A DNA stretch of 64,000 bases from contig JBBRPR010000023.1 in NCBI GenBank assembly GCA_038227875.1, positions 32,001-96,000 of the forward strand, in the 5' to 3' direction. This DNA is from Planctomycetota bacterium (GTDB taxonomy: Bacteria; Planctomycetota; SZUA-567; H5-PLA8). Of this stretch, positions 50,157 to 60,147 are shown one piece after another. Each line of letters starts with the position of its first letter. Positions within the stretch are counted from its first letter, which is position 1. A model generated the notes under the pieces. The model saw only the letters and a program-made list of their open reading frames with translations, was not told the origin of the DNA and did not search any database. Made by a program: the position numbers and the translations under genes.

Positions 50157-51497
50157 CTACTGCCGCGCTTCTTCCGCCGTCACGCGTCGCTGCCCGCCGC
50201 CTCTCGTGGTCGCCGGCTCGATGCGCGGCGCGGTTTCGCCAACTTCCGTCATCTTGCGAATCAGGCGGCCGCGCATCACGGACTTCACTTCATTGTGTGA
50301 GTCCAGTTCGATCAGGTTGCGCAGCTCGTAGGGATCCGAATACAGATCGTAGAGCGCTTCCTCTTTGTAGACATCGGAACCGGAATCGGTGCCGCCCTTC
50401 TTGTCCGGCGCGTTGACGCAGAATTTCCAGCGCTGCGTGCGGACGGCGCGCGCCACCTGGGATTCGCTGATCTGCACGAATGCCTCCTCCGGCCAGCTCG
50501 TAGCGGTGCGGCGGATCAACGGCAGGATCGAGTGTCCCTGCATCTGCGCCGGCACGGGAATTTCCGCGGCATCGAGCAGCGTGGGCGGCAGGTCGACGAG
50601 GCTGACGAGTTTCTGAATCTGCCCGCCGCCCGTGAACGGCCCGCCATAAAGCGCCGTCGGTACGCGGATGGAAGAATCGTGGCACGAGCGCTTGTACTCG
50701 CTGTTGCGGGTCTTGAAGTGGCAGCCGTGATCGGCGGTGAAGAGCACGACGGTGTTTTCGAGCAGATTGAGGCTGCGCAGCGCGTCGTTGAAGCGGCCGA
50801 GCGCTTCGTCGAGGCGCTTGATCATGCCCCAGTACCCGGCGATGTGCTGGTGCGTTGAACCACCCAGCGCCGCGAGGTCCGGCGGCACCCAGCGCCCGCG
50901 GTAACGTTCCTCGTAACCAAACGGCGCGGGATAGTCGTCGCGGTGATTCTGAAAATGCGGCTCGATGAACGAGCTGAACAGGAAGAACGGCTTTTTCTGA
51001 TTCGTGTCGACGTAGCGGACCATGGCATCGGTCAGCGCGTCGACGCGGTAGCCGGGCAGATTCACACGCTTGCAGTCGTTGTCGTAGAGAACGGTATCAT
51101 ATGCGTCGCTGTCCATTTCCATCACGTTGGACGCGAGCCAGTATTCGTAGCCGCCGCGTTCATTTTCCAGCACGGCCTGATGGTCGGCCAGATGCCACTT
51201 GCCGATGTAGCCGGTGGTGTATCCGGCGGCGCGGAAGTAATGCGCCATCGTTTTCGCATCCGGCTTGAGCGGTATGCCGTTGCGCCACGACCCAGTCGTG
51301 GTCGCGTACTGACCGGTCTGCAAACACGAACGCGCCGGACCGCAGACCGGCTGGCACGTAAACGACTGAGCCACGTGCGTGCCGGAGACGGCCATGCGGT
51401 CGAAGTTCGGCATCAGATCGAGTGGATTGCCGTGCAGGCCCGACGCATCCCAGCGCTGCTGATCGGTGAAGAACACGACGACATTGGGACGCGGCAT
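50157..51497 (-). CDS. Sulfatase (S1, Cys-type formylglycine enzyme)
   Basis: RPNVV.F.TDQ, signature C-G-P-A-R...TG, GY.TG.IGKWHL, ADHG and LYDL..DPYE. Confidence 0.95.
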   Translation of the reverse strand: MPRPNVVVFFTDQQRWDASGLHGNPLDLMPNFDRMAVSGTHVAQSFTCQPVCGPARSCLQTGQYATTTGSWRNGIPLKPDAKTMAHYFRAAGYTTGYIGKWHLADHQAVLENERGGYEYWLASNVMEMDSDAYDTVLYDNDCKRVNLPGYRVDALTDAMVRYVDTNQKKPFFLFSSFIEPHFQNHRDDYPAPFGYEERYRGRWVPPDLAALGGSTHQHIAGYWGMIKRLDEALGRFNDALRSLNLLENTVVLFTADHGCHFKTRNSEYKRSCHDSSIRVPTALYGGPFTGGGQIQKLVSLVDLPPTLLDAAEIPVPAQMQGHSILPLIRRTATSWPEEAFVQISESQVARAVRTQRWKFCVNAPDKKGGTDSGSDVYKEEALYDLYSDPYELRNLIELDSHNEVKSVMRGRLIRKMTEVGETAPRIEPATTRGGGQRRVTAEEARQ

Positions 51498-51576
51498 GGA
51501 AATTCTCCCTATAAGAATGTAGCTGTGTTCAAACTATCTATCACGAATGCGTAAAGTGTCAGCGTCCGTTCTAACA

Positions 51577-53139
51577 TTAGTCGCGTATCAAGGGCGGCTG
51601 AGGCGCCAGGGGCCGGCGCACAAGAAAGAGCACCGGCGTGTCGCCGGCGGTGCCGGCGCAGACTTTGATGTAGCCGTGGGGGTGAGGACGAAAGGGTTCG
51701 TAGTATTTTTCGATTTCCTTGCGGATGAACGCGGGCTGAAAATTCAGTTCGAAGAGCAATACATGCGAAAAAACCTGTTCGCGGAACGGCTGCAGCACGG
51801 CGGCCTCCGGCAGCGTTCCGGCTTTGAGAAAGCGCAGGTGAATCGGTTCGATGAAAAACCGGTCGGCGCAATCACGGTCCGCCACCACGCCCCATTCGCG
51901 CTCGGCGTAAACCGGTTCACTTTCCTGCGCCAGAAATTGCGCGACCACCGCGGCTTCCGCGAACTCGCGCTCATTTGGCGCGGCCAGCGGATTAGCGCTC
52001 CCCTGTCCCGACGCTGAGTGCAGCAACCACAGCTGCAACACCACGGCGATGGCCAGTCCGATCGCCGGCGCATTGGCAAACCGCGTGATCTTCAGCAGGT
52101 CACGCGCCGCGCGGACCGCAGCCAGCAGCAACGCCGCCACCAGCGGCAACAGGTGATTGGGTCCGCCGCCATCGATCAACACCACGATCGCCAGCGGTAG
52201 ACTGCCCAGCACAAAGCTATGGAGCAGCGTCCAGCGGCGCTGCCCGAGCGACTGTATCAGGCCGCAAAGTCCAACGACTCCGATCACCGCGATGAGTTTC
52301 AACGCCGGCAGCAGGAAACCCCACAGCCGCGCGATTTCCAAGTGACGCGGCGCCTGCGGTGAAAGCATCGACGTGAAAAAAACCGAGCCATACATCCCCA
52401 GCGTCAACGCCAGCAGCAGCGCGCAGAAACCGATCGTCGCGCCGATCAGCATCAAGCCCTGCCGCGGTCTACGGATGAGAAGATGAAGCTGTAGCGCTGC
52501 CAGTGGCGCCAGCGCCGAGTGCTTGGCGTAAAGCGCCAGCGTCGAAAACAGCGCACCGAGCAGCAGCGGCCGGATTGCCGCCCCGCGCGTGAGTTCCGCG
52601 GAGTCCTCGCGCGGTTCGAACGCAGACAGAAAATAAAACGCGGCGAGCAGAAACAACAGCATCCAACTGTCCGGGCGTGGCGCGAGGATGTACTCGCCAA
52701 ATTGGTAGCAGCACGGCACCAGCAGAGCTCCCGCGCATGCGACGGCCAGCGGCACCGCTTCGCGCCGCGCCCACACCACGACGATCAGCATAATGCCCGT
52801 CAGCGGTACGATCTGCAGTGCGCGCGCCGAGGCCAGCGTCAGCGGCACCACACGCCCCACGATGGATAGAATCCACGGATAGAGCGGCGGATAGACATTG
52901 CCGATCAGCGGATACGACGTGGAATCCGTGTAGATGGTTTTGCCGTGCAACACGCGCTGCGCGTAGAAGAGCATGTCTCCTTCACCGAAAAAATAATCGA
53001 TCGGGTAATGCAGCATGTCCCAGATAAAAAGCGGCACCACCGCCGCCCGAGCCGCCAGCAGCAACAGTACACCGATGGCAATCAGACGCGGCAGGTTGAT
53101 CGGCGAGGACGCGGACGGGGACTCTAGCGAATCTGACAT
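51577..53139 (-). CDS. Multi-pass membrane protein, GT-C (ArnT/PMT-like) glycosyltransferase candidate
   Basis: About 10 hydrophobic segments, an EG acidic motif after TM1, YPPLYP, RPD and K-H/Q motif. ATG at 53139 chosen. Confidence 0.65.
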   Translation of the reverse strand: MSDSLESPSASSPINLPRLIAIGVLLLLAARAAVVPLFIWDMLHYPIDYFFGEGDMLFYAQRVLHGKTIYTDSTSYPLIGNVYPPLYPWILSIVGRVVPLTLASARALQIVPLTGIMLIVVVWARREAVPLAVACAGALLVPCCYQFGEYILAPRPDSWMLLFLLAAFYFLSAFEPREDSAELTRGAAIRPLLLGALFSTLALYAKHSALAPLAALQLHLLIRRPRQGLMLIGATIGFCALLLALTLGMYGSVFFTSMLSPQAPRHLEIARLWGFLLPALKLIAVIGVVGLCGLIQSLGQRRWTLLHSFVLGSLPLAIVVLIDGGGPNHLLPLVAALLLAAVRAARDLLKITRFANAPAIGLAIAVVLQLWLLHSASGQGSANPLAAPNEREFAEAAVVAQFLAQESEPVYAEREWGVVADRDCADRFFIEPIHLRFLKAGTLPEAAVLQPFREQVFSHVLLFELNFQPAFIRKEIEKYYEPFRPHPHGYIKVCAGTAGDTPVLFLVRRPLAPQPPLIRD

Positions 53140-53158
53140 GATGGCAGCGTAGCGACCG

Positions 53159-53278
53159 CATTTTCCATTTTCCATCGGTCATTTCCCATTTTCCAATTCG
53201 CTGGCGCGCTTGCAAAAGCGGGAGGCGTCGTGGCCGTTCGATGGAAAATCGAAAATGACCGATTGAAAATGGAAAATG
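53159..53278. repeat. 37-bp inverted repeat built of CATTTTC heptamers
   Basis: 53159-53195 versus the reverse complement of 53242-53278 shows 3 mismatches. It occupies most of a divergent promoter region. Confidence 0.9.
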
Positions 53279-53298
53279 TCCTTACAATCCACGCTTCC

Positions 53299-54078
53299 AT
53301 GCCACTCAACGCCACCACAGTCGTCCTCGCGCTTCCCGCGTACAACGAAGCGGACAACATTGATCCGCTGTTTACGCGCATCGCTCAGGCCCGTGCCGAA
53401 TGCCTGCCGAACTTAAGCGTACTGATTTATGACGATGGCTCGAAAGACCAGACCCGCACACTGGCGGAGAACTGGAAGAAGGCGCCGCTGCCTGTGCGCG
53501 TTATCGGCCTGAAAGAGAACAGGGGCCTCGGCGGCGCGCTGAGCGGCCTGGTCCACGACTTCGCCGGCCCCAATAAGGGTGGCCAGCCCGCGTCGACGCA
53601 CATGGCGCTGATGGACTGCGACGACACGATGGACCCCTACCAGATTCCCGCGATGCTGGAGCTGCTGAACGCACAGAACCTGGACCTGGTGATCGCTTCG
53701 CGTTACCGACGTGGCGCGCGGGTCTGGGGCGTGCCGCCGCTGCGCCGCCTGATGAGCCGGGGGGCGCGGACGCTCTTCACGCTGATGCACCCGATTTCCG
53801 GCGTGCGCGATTACTCCTGCGGCTTCCGCCTCTACCGCCGCGAGCTGCTGGAAAAAGCGTGCTCCGTCTGGGGCGAACGCCTGGTCGAGCAGCGTGGTTT
53901 CGCGTCGATGGTGGAGATCCTGCTCAAACTCGACCGCATGGGCGCCAAATGCGGCGAGATCCCGCTGCAGCTCCACTACGATCAAAAGCGCGGCGAGAGC
54001 AAGATGCCGGTCTCAGACAACGCGTCGCGGCTGCTCAAGCTGATGTGGGCGTGGCGGAAGAAGGGTCTGGAGCCGTAA
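53299..54078 (+). CDS. Glycosyltransferase family 2 (polyprenol-phosphate glycosyltransferase-like)
   Basis: PAYNE, DDGS.D, N.GLGGA, MDCD, SRY, D..CGFRLY and R..G.SK. Confidence 0.9.
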   Translation: MPLNATTVVLALPAYNEADNIDPLFTRIAQARAECLPNLSVLIYDDGSKDQTRTLAENWKKAPLPVRVIGLKENRGLGGALSGLVHDFAGPNKGGQPASTHMALMDCDDTMDPYQIPAMLELLNAQNLDLVIASRYRRGARVWGVPPLRRLMSRGARTLFTLMHPISGVRDYSCGFRLYRRELLEKACSVWGERLVEQRGFASMVEILLKLDRMGAKCGEIPLQLHYDQKRGESKMPVSDNASRLLKLMWAWRKKGLEP

Positions 54079-54083
54079 ACAGT

Positions 54084-55259
54084 TCAACTCTGAGCGGACG
54101 GTGCGTCTTCGGTATAGGGGTAGACGCGGGTCGGCAGGCCGATGGATGTTCGTTTTGCCTTCATGTAAAATACAGTTCCGTAAAGTACGGAACACACAGT
54201 CCCAACGATGTACCCAATGATCCACGTCCATTTATACGCAGTTCCTGAACCAGGTGGAGACAGCGTCAATTCAGCGAATTGACATTGGTTGAGAAAGTGT
54301 ACTTCGTATTTTTTGTACTCATTGACCACTGGATATTCGGCATTCAAATTCAGACTCAACTTTAAAGTTTGACCTGTCATATTTCCAAATCTAGCGTCAT
54401 TCAAGATTACATCTTCATAAAGTTCGAAATAGCTATCCCTTTGATCTTCTTTGGCGCTAAGCTCTTCACCATATTTCTCGTTCGAATTTGGGGCGCTTCC
54501 GATATCCAATGTGGTTACACCAAGTTCTTTGGCATTCAATAATTCGGCCGTAGATTGGCCTGTCCATATTCGGCCAAAACTACGTCGATAACCAAAGTGA
54601 TAACGCATCGTGTCGCCTTGGCTGGCAATAGGTGGATACCAGCACGAATTGTAATGCCAACGCGAAACCAGTGCCCGTAGATCGCCGGCTAGAAATGGCA
54701 GAATTGAGGCTACAGACAGAGCCAACCCTAACGCGCCTTTGATTCGAAATACGGGTACCGATGAAACGTTTGGTTTCGGTTCCGCCTTTACCAGCCGAAG
54801 TACACCACGCTTGACTTCATCACATGCAACTAGAAGATTTGTATTTAATGTACTATTGAAGTGCTCGGGTGCAAAAAGAACGTGCATCAGAACGATAGCG
54901 GCAGCCATACTTGTCGCTATGATTGTGGTTAACGGAAAAGAAATCAGATCCATTAGCGCAGCAACAAAAATTACAATGTAAATAGGAACCGACAGCCAGA
55001 TGGTGTTGTAATGCCGAACTTCTCGACGACCAACAACCATCTCCGGCTGATAAAATCCACAGACAGGGCACGGATGTATATCCACTTCGGTTTTAAGTTT
55101 TCCTTCCAGCGCCGTGAGTGCTTTCTGTTCAGCGACCTCCGCGGTCGCCGCGGACGCAGTAGCGATGCGATCCATCCGATATTTAAAGACTGTATTACAC
55201 AGGAGACACGTATGTTCCTTAAACACGCGCATCGATACGGTTGAATGAGAATTGGGCAT
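54084..55259 (-). CDS. Hypothetical membrane protein with N-terminal CxxC...CPxCG zinc-ribbon; AT-rich relative to its flanks
   Basis: 391-aa ORF with CLLC and CPVCG motifs and about 4 TM segments. Confidence 0.7.
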   Translation of the reverse strand: MPNSHSTVSMRVFKEHTCLLCNTVFKYRMDRIATASAATAEVAEQKALTALEGKLKTEVDIHPCPVCGFYQPEMVVGRREVRHYNTIWLSVPIYIVIFVAALMDLISFPLTTIIATSMAAAIVLMHVLFAPEHFNSTLNTNLLVACDEVKRGVLRLVKAEPKPNVSSVPVFRIKGALGLALSVASILPFLAGDLRALVSRWHYNSCWYPPIASQGDTMRYHFGYRRSFGRIWTGQSTAELLNAKELGVTTLDIGSAPNSNEKYGEELSAKEDQRDSYFELYEDVILNDARFGNMTGQTLKLSLNLNAEYPVVNEYKKYEVHFLNQCQFAELTLSPPGSGTAYKWTWIIGYIVGTVCSVLYGTVFYMKAKRTSIGLPTRVYPYTEDAPSAQS

Positions 55260-55300
55260 AGTTCGGCTATTTTACTTGCGTTTACTGCCTTTTGCCAGCT

Positions 55301-56119
55301 TTACCGCGGCAAAACCCTAAGCGCCCGCGGCGACTTCCCGACCACTCTCCGCAGGTGCCGCGCCAGCGTGTGCGGCGACGCGAAGCCCGCTTTCTCCGCG
55401 ATGCTGCTCACCGGCAGGTCGCTCGATTTCAGCAGTTCGATCGCGCGGCGCAGGCGCGATTGGTTCAGCCATGCACCCGGCGACGTGCCGATCCGCTGCG
55501 TGAAGACGCGCGTCAGGTGTTCACGGCTGCAGCCGTGCTTTTCCGCCAGTTCCTTTAGTGACCACGGATACGACGGGTGGCGGAGCAGTTCGTCGACGGC
55601 GGCGTCGACGGGGTTCTGCGTCTCCTGCCGCCGCTCTCGGAATTTCAGGAAGAGGCTCATCAAGAATTCGTGCACGGCCTCGGCCAGCACCGTCGGATCG
55701 AGCGCCGCCTGCGGCGACGCCAGTTCCATCAAATTACACATCGCCTGATGCGTCTGCGTGTCGACGGGCAGCACCGAACCGTGGCCTTTACGCAGCACGC
55801 TCCAGTGTTCGCCGATGCCCGCGCCGGTGAACGTGATCCAGTCGCAGATGTAGGTCTCGGTGTTCTCGGGCGTGGTGAAATAAACGACGTCGTCGCCAAA
55901 CGCGTGGAGAAACGCGTGGCCGGAGGTGACGGGATACGTACCGGTTGAATCGTGGTACTGAACCGACCCCTGGACTGTGTATTGAAAACCCACCGTGCCC
56001 GGCACACGGCCCTTGCTGACGTGATAATAGCGCGTGCCGGGCGTCACAATCTGACCGCGGTCAAAGCTGCCTACACGCCACAATGTTCCTGCCTCTAGCA
56101 AGGGATATTCGGGGCTCAT
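55301..56119 (-). CDS. AraC-family transcriptional regulator
   Basis: C-terminal double HTH (LKELA...G.SREHL.R.F....G.SP...RL..A..LL...IA..AGF). N-terminal cupin-like domain. Confidence 0.92.
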   Translation of the reverse strand: MSPEYPLLEAGTLWRVGSFDRGQIVTPGTRYYHVSKGRVPGTVGFQYTVQGSVQYHDSTGTYPVTSGHAFLHAFGDDVVYFTTPENTETYICDWITFTGAGIGEHWSVLRKGHGSVLPVDTQTHQAMCNLMELASPQAALDPTVLAEAVHEFLMSLFLKFRERRQETQNPVDAAVDELLRHPSYPWSLKELAEKHGCSREHLTRVFTQRIGTSPGAWLNQSRLRRAIELLKSSDLPVSSIAEKAGFASPHTLARHLRRVVGKSPRALRVLPR

Positions 56120-56156
56120 GTCACAAATTGTACAGTGCTTGTCACTTTATTCCCAC
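56119..56156 (+). promoter_or_regulatory. Putative AraC-type tandem operator
   Basis: TGTCAC direct repeats at 56119 and 56140 (21-bp spacing) between the araC-like gene and the divergent epimerase operon. Confidence 0.5.
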
Positions 56157-56268
56157 TTTCGAATTCGTCGATTTTCGGGCTAAATGACTCCCATGCGATG
56201 TATCTGAAAGGGCCGCGCGGCAGACGCGCAAAACCTCTCAATCATTTTCCCCAAAAAAAGGAGCGCTC

Positions 56269-57069
56269 ATGAAAATCTCGTGTCAGGAAGGACTGGTGAA
56301 CGGCAGCACGTTCGCCGAGAAACTCAGCAACCTGGAAAAGTACGGTTTCGAAGGCATCGAGCTGGCGGGACATGAACTCCACGATCCGGCGAAAGTCGAA
56401 GAGCGCATCACCGCGCTGAAGAATTCGCCGATCAAAGCCAGTTCCATCTGCGGCGGTTTCCAGTGTGAGTTCGTCCATCCCGACCCGGCCAAGCGCCGCG
56501 CGTGCATCGAGATCATCAAGCGCTTTCTGGATTTCAGCGGCCAGGTCGGCGCGACGGGTCCGATCACGGTGCCGATCTTCAATCACAATCAGCGCGTGCC
56601 CGATCTCTCGCCGTACAAAACGCAGCACCAGCTTGAAATCGAGTTGCTCACGGAAGTCGCCAAGGACCTCGCCGCTCATGCACTGAAGGCCAAGGCCACG
56701 CTGCTGCTCGAACCGCTCAACCGCTACGAATCCAATTCGCTCGCCGACATCGGCGAAGGCGCCGCCGTCTGCCGCAAGGTCGGACCGGGCTGCAAAGTCA
56801 TGGCCGATTTCTTCCACATGCATATCGAAGAACCCAGCACGCCCAAGTCGATCCTGGCCGTCGGCGATCTGATCGGCCACGTCCACCTCGCCGACAACAC
56901 GCGCAAGGAACCGGGCTCCGGCGACATCGATTTCAAGGCCGGCTTCGCCGCGCTGAAGAAGATCAAGTTCAGCGGCTACATGGCGCTGGAATGCGGACTG
57001 ACCGACAAGCCGGAAATCGCGCTGCCGCGCTGCGCGAAGTTTTTGAAGCAGTGCATCGCTGAAGCGTAA
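56269..57069 (+). CDS. Sugar phosphate isomerase/epimerase (xylose isomerase-like TIM barrel)
   Basis: EPLNRYE, D.FHM.IEE, HVHLAD..R.EPG.G and ALEC. Confidence 0.9.
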   Translation: MKISCQEGLVNGSTFAEKLSNLEKYGFEGIELAGHELHDPAKVEERITALKNSPIKASSICGGFQCEFVHPDPAKRRACIEIIKRFLDFSGQVGATGPITVPIFNHNQRVPDLSPYKTQHQLEIELLTEVAKDLAAHALKAKATLLLEPLNRYESNSLADIGEGAAVCRKVGPGCKVMADFFHMHIEEPSTPKSILAVGDLIGHVHLADNTRKEPGSGDIDFKAGFAALKKIKFSGYMALECGLTDKPEIALPRCAKFLKQCIAEA

Positions 57070-57147
57070 GGACAGGACTGAGGATCGCGTCGCGGCAGTT
57101 TTGAGAATACTTCACATCTTTTTTGGACACTTTGGAGAACGATTTAC

Positions 57148-58131
57148 ATGGCTACATCTGAACCGGTCAAAGTAGGCTTCATCGGCGTGGGCGGCATCGC
57201 CGGCGTCCACTTGAAATACCTCTCGAACGCCAGCGATGCGAAAATTGCGGCGGTGTGCGATGTCAACGCGGCGCAGGCCGACAAGATCGCAACGCAGTAC
57301 TCCGCGAAGGCGTACAGCTCGGCGGAGAAGATGCTCGATAGCGAGAAACTCGACGCCGTCTACGTCTGCGTCCCGCCCTTCGCACACACCAATCAGGAAT
57401 TGCTCGTCTGCGAACGGAAGCTGGCGCTCTTCGTCGAAAAGCCGATCGCAACAACTCTGGAGAAGGGACAGGAAATCACGAACGCGGTGGCCAAGGCCAA
57501 GAACGTCACAGCGGTCGGCTACAACTGGCGCTCGGCGGAAATCACCAAACGCGCGAAGGAACTGATCGCCGGCAAGCCCGTCTCGGCGGCCTACGGTTAC
57601 TGGGTCGGCAACATGCCCGGCGTGATGTGGTGGCGGCAGCAGGCGACGTCCGGCGGGCAACTCAACGAACAGGCCACGCACGTCGTCGACATCGCCCGGC
57701 ACTTGATCGGCGGAAAAGTCGTCAGCGTTTTCGCGCAGGGCGCCAAGGGTATTTACAACAAGAAACACGAGAAGCATGACATCCACGAAAATGTGATCGC
57801 GCTGCTCACCTTCGACAGCGGCGCGGTGGTTTCCGTCGCCACCGGACACACCTGCGCGCAGGGATTCCGCGTGGGCATCGATTTTATTCTCGAAGACCTG
57901 ACTGTCACGCACAACAACAACGAACTTCGCGTGAAGCACCCCAAGGGCGAAGAGATCATCCGCAACGGCAACGACCAGTACGGCGAAGAAGACCGCGCGT
58001 TCCTCGAAGCCGTGAAGTCTGGCGACCCGTCAAAGGTCTACTGCACCTACGCCGACGCCTTCGAAACCCACCGCATCTGCATGGCCGCCAACGCGAGCAT
58101 GGAGACCGGCCGGGTGGTGAAGCTGGACTGA
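57148..58131 (+). CDS. Gfo/Idh/MocA family oxidoreductase
   Basis: GFIG.GGIA, EKP and SGG...EQ.TH..D. Confidence 0.92.
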   Translation: MATSEPVKVGFIGVGGIAGVHLKYLSNASDAKIAAVCDVNAAQADKIATQYSAKAYSSAEKMLDSEKLDAVYVCVPPFAHTNQELLVCERKLALFVEKPIATTLEKGQEITNAVAKAKNVTAVGYNWRSAEITKRAKELIAGKPVSAAYGYWVGNMPGVMWWRQQATSGGQLNEQATHVVDIARHLIGGKVVSVFAQGAKGIYNKKHEKHDIHENVIALLTFDSGAVVSVATGHTCAQGFRVGIDFILEDLTVTHNNNELRVKHPKGEEIIRNGNDQYGEEDRAFLEAVKSGDPSKVYCTYADAFETHRICMAANASMETGRVVKLD

Positions 58132-58133
58132 AG

Positions 58134-58164
58134 GAATGTCGAGTTGTGAATGTCGAATGTCGAA
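58134..58164. repeat. Heptamer repeat (GAATGTC family)
   Basis: GAATGTC-GAGTTGT-GAATGTC-GAATGTC-GAA directly after the stop codon. Confidence 0.75.
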
Positions 58165-58166
58165 AG

Positions 58167-58193
58167 AACTCCCCGCTCAGGCAGGGAGTTTTT
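58167..58193. terminator. Intrinsic terminator between convergent operons
   Basis: AACTCCC...GGGAGTT stem followed by a T tract. Confidence 0.65.
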
Positions 58194-58214
58194 GTTCCTT
58201 AGTCCTTTCCGTTG

Positions 58215-59006
58215 TCACTCCTTCGTAAACTTCAACGGATTGCGGCCGACCCATGGGTACTGCTCCAGATCCACGCACGAACCGTTGATGCGCGTGCCTT
58301 CGGGCACCACGAACATCAGCGCGAAATGGGCGATCTCTTCGGGCTTCATGATCTCGCCGGACGGCGCGTAGATGGGATGAACTTTCGTCGGCCAGTCGGC
58401 GGCGAGACCTTCCTTCATCTTCAATTCGTACTCGTTTTTCGTCAGCACCCAGCCCAGGTTCAGCAGGTTGACGCGGATGCCTTCGTGGCCGTGCGCGTCG
58501 GCGAGATTGCGGGTCATCGTCACCAGTCCGGCCTTGCTGATCGAATACGACAGTTGCGTCCGCTCGCCACAGTAGGCATTGCCGGAACCGATGTTGAGAA
58601 TCGAACCGCCGCCGGCTTTGCGGAAATGCGGAAACGCGGCTTTGATCGTCCACATCGGCGCGCGCAGGTTGATCGCGATCGTTCGGTCGAAGCCGTCCTC
58701 GGTCACGTTGTCGATGTTGTCGCGCGTTTTGATCGCGGCGTTGTTGACGAGGATGTTGATGCCGCCGAGTTTCTCCACCGTCGCGGCGATGAGCGCTTCG
58801 CAGACGCCGGTCTGTTCGAGATTTCCCGCATAAGACGCGGCCGTGCCTCCCGCGCGACGAATGTTTTCGGCGACGGTGTCGGCTTCCTTCGGGTCCATGC
58901 CGTGGACCATCACGCGCGCGCCTTCGCGAGCGTAGACAGTCGCGATGGCTTCGCCGACGCCCGCGCTCGAACCGGTGACCAGCGCTACTTTGCCTTTTAA
59001 TCGCAT
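58215..59006 (-). CDS. Short-chain dehydrogenase/reductase
   Basis: VTGSSAGVG, NNAA, YSISK and GIRVN. GGAG RBS before ATG 59006. Confidence 0.92.
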   Translation of the reverse strand: MRLKGKVALVTGSSAGVGEAIATVYAREGARVMVHGMDPKEADTVAENIRRAGGTAASYAGNLEQTGVCEALIAATVEKLGGINILVNNAAIKTRDNIDNVTEDGFDRTIAINLRAPMWTIKAAFPHFRKAGGGSILNIGSGNAYCGERTQLSYSISKAGLVTMTRNLADAHGHEGIRVNLLNLGWVLTKNEYELKMKEGLAADWPTKVHPIYAPSGEIMKPEEIAHFALMFVVPEGTRINGSCVDLEQYPWVGRNPLKFTKE

Positions 59007-59017
59007 CGGGAACTCCA

Positions 59018-60067
59018 TTAGTTTGGCTTGAGCACCGCTTTGACGATCTCGGCGCGGTGCATCGCGTCGAAGCAATTCTTCCAGTCGTCCAGCGGCGCGA
59101 TGCGGTTGAGCACCAGGTCGAGATTGATCTGTCCGCTGGCCAGCATGCCCAGCACGCGCTCCCAGATCGGATAATTGTGGCTGTAGCTGCCTTGCAGCGT
59201 CACGGCTTTCTGGACGAGTTGGTCGAGCGAAAAGTTGAGCGGTTGCGGTCCCCAGCCGACTTTCACGATCTGTCCGCCGGGCCGCACGATATCCAGCGCG
59301 GTTTTCAGCACCGCGCTGACGCCCGCCGCGTCGATCACCGCGTCGACGCCATAGCCATCGCCCAGCCCCTTGATGGTTGCGGCGAGCTCCTCGCCTTGCG
59401 TGTCGAGCGTCAAGGTCGCGCCGAGTTGCTTGGCGACGGCCAGCCGCTTCGCGTCGGACGGCACGCCGATGACGATCAGCGGATTGGCGCCGCACAACTT
59501 CGCCATCTGCGCGCATAGCAGACCGATCGGACCTGGTCCGATCACGGCGACGCTGTCGCCGGGGCGGATGCGCAGATTCATACACGTCGCGTTGTAGGCG
59601 ACGCAGCACGGTTCGGTCAGCGATGCTTTTTCAAATGAGAGACCGTCGGGAATGCGGTGCAGGCAGCGTTCCGGAACGCGCACATACTTGGTCATCGCGC
59701 CGTTGACGCCGTAGCCGAAGCCCAGTCGATTCGGATCGAGATTGTACGCACCGGCGCGAACATACGGCGATTGCGGATCGACCACCGCCGCCGTTTCGCT
59801 GACGACGCGGTCGCCTTCTTTGTAGCCCTTCACGCGCGAACCGACTTTGGCGATGTAGCCGCCGAATTCATGGCCGAGCACCACCGGGTAGTTCACCTTC
59901 CAGCTCTGCTTGCCCATGTACTGATGCAAGTCGCTGCCGCAGACGCCGACGGCCTGGACCTGCAAGAGGACTTCGTCGTCGCCGAATTCCGGGACGGGAA
60001 CGTCGCGCAATTCCACCGAATGCGGCGCCGCCGCGAAATTCAGCAGGCCGGTCATTTTCTCGCTCAT
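59018..60067 (-). CDS. Zinc-binding (MDR) alcohol/polyol dehydrogenase
   Basis: GVCGSD, GHE..G, GDRV, EP and GPGPIG. The structural-zinc Cys cluster is absent. Confidence 0.92.
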   Translation of the reverse strand: MSEKMTGLLNFAAAPHSVELRDVPVPEFGDDEVLLQVQAVGVCGSDLHQYMGKQSWKVNYPVVLGHEFGGYIAKVGSRVKGYKEGDRVVSETAAVVDPQSPYVRAGAYNLDPNRLGFGYGVNGAMTKYVRVPERCLHRIPDGLSFEKASLTEPCCVAYNATCMNLRIRPGDSVAVIGPGPIGLLCAQMAKLCGANPLIVIGVPSDAKRLAVAKQLGATLTLDTQGEELAATIKGLGDGYGVDAVIDAAGVSAVLKTALDIVRPGGQIVKVGWGPQPLNFSLDQLVQKAVTLQGSYSHNYPIWERVLGMLASGQINLDLVLNRIAPLDDWKNCFDAMHRAEIVKAVLKPN

Positions 60068-60147
60068 GGCACTCTCCTCGAAAGCTTACGGAACGATTCA
60101 ATCGGTCGTGTAGTAGTTTTTAATTCTGGCAAATTTGCCAGAAGCTG

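Noticed and set aside
58215..59609. 464-aa ORF suggesting an extended or fused SDR, or a frameshift with the MDR gene
   Set aside because: The extension overlaps the intact MDR gene in another frame. The SDR has its own RBS and ATG at 59006.
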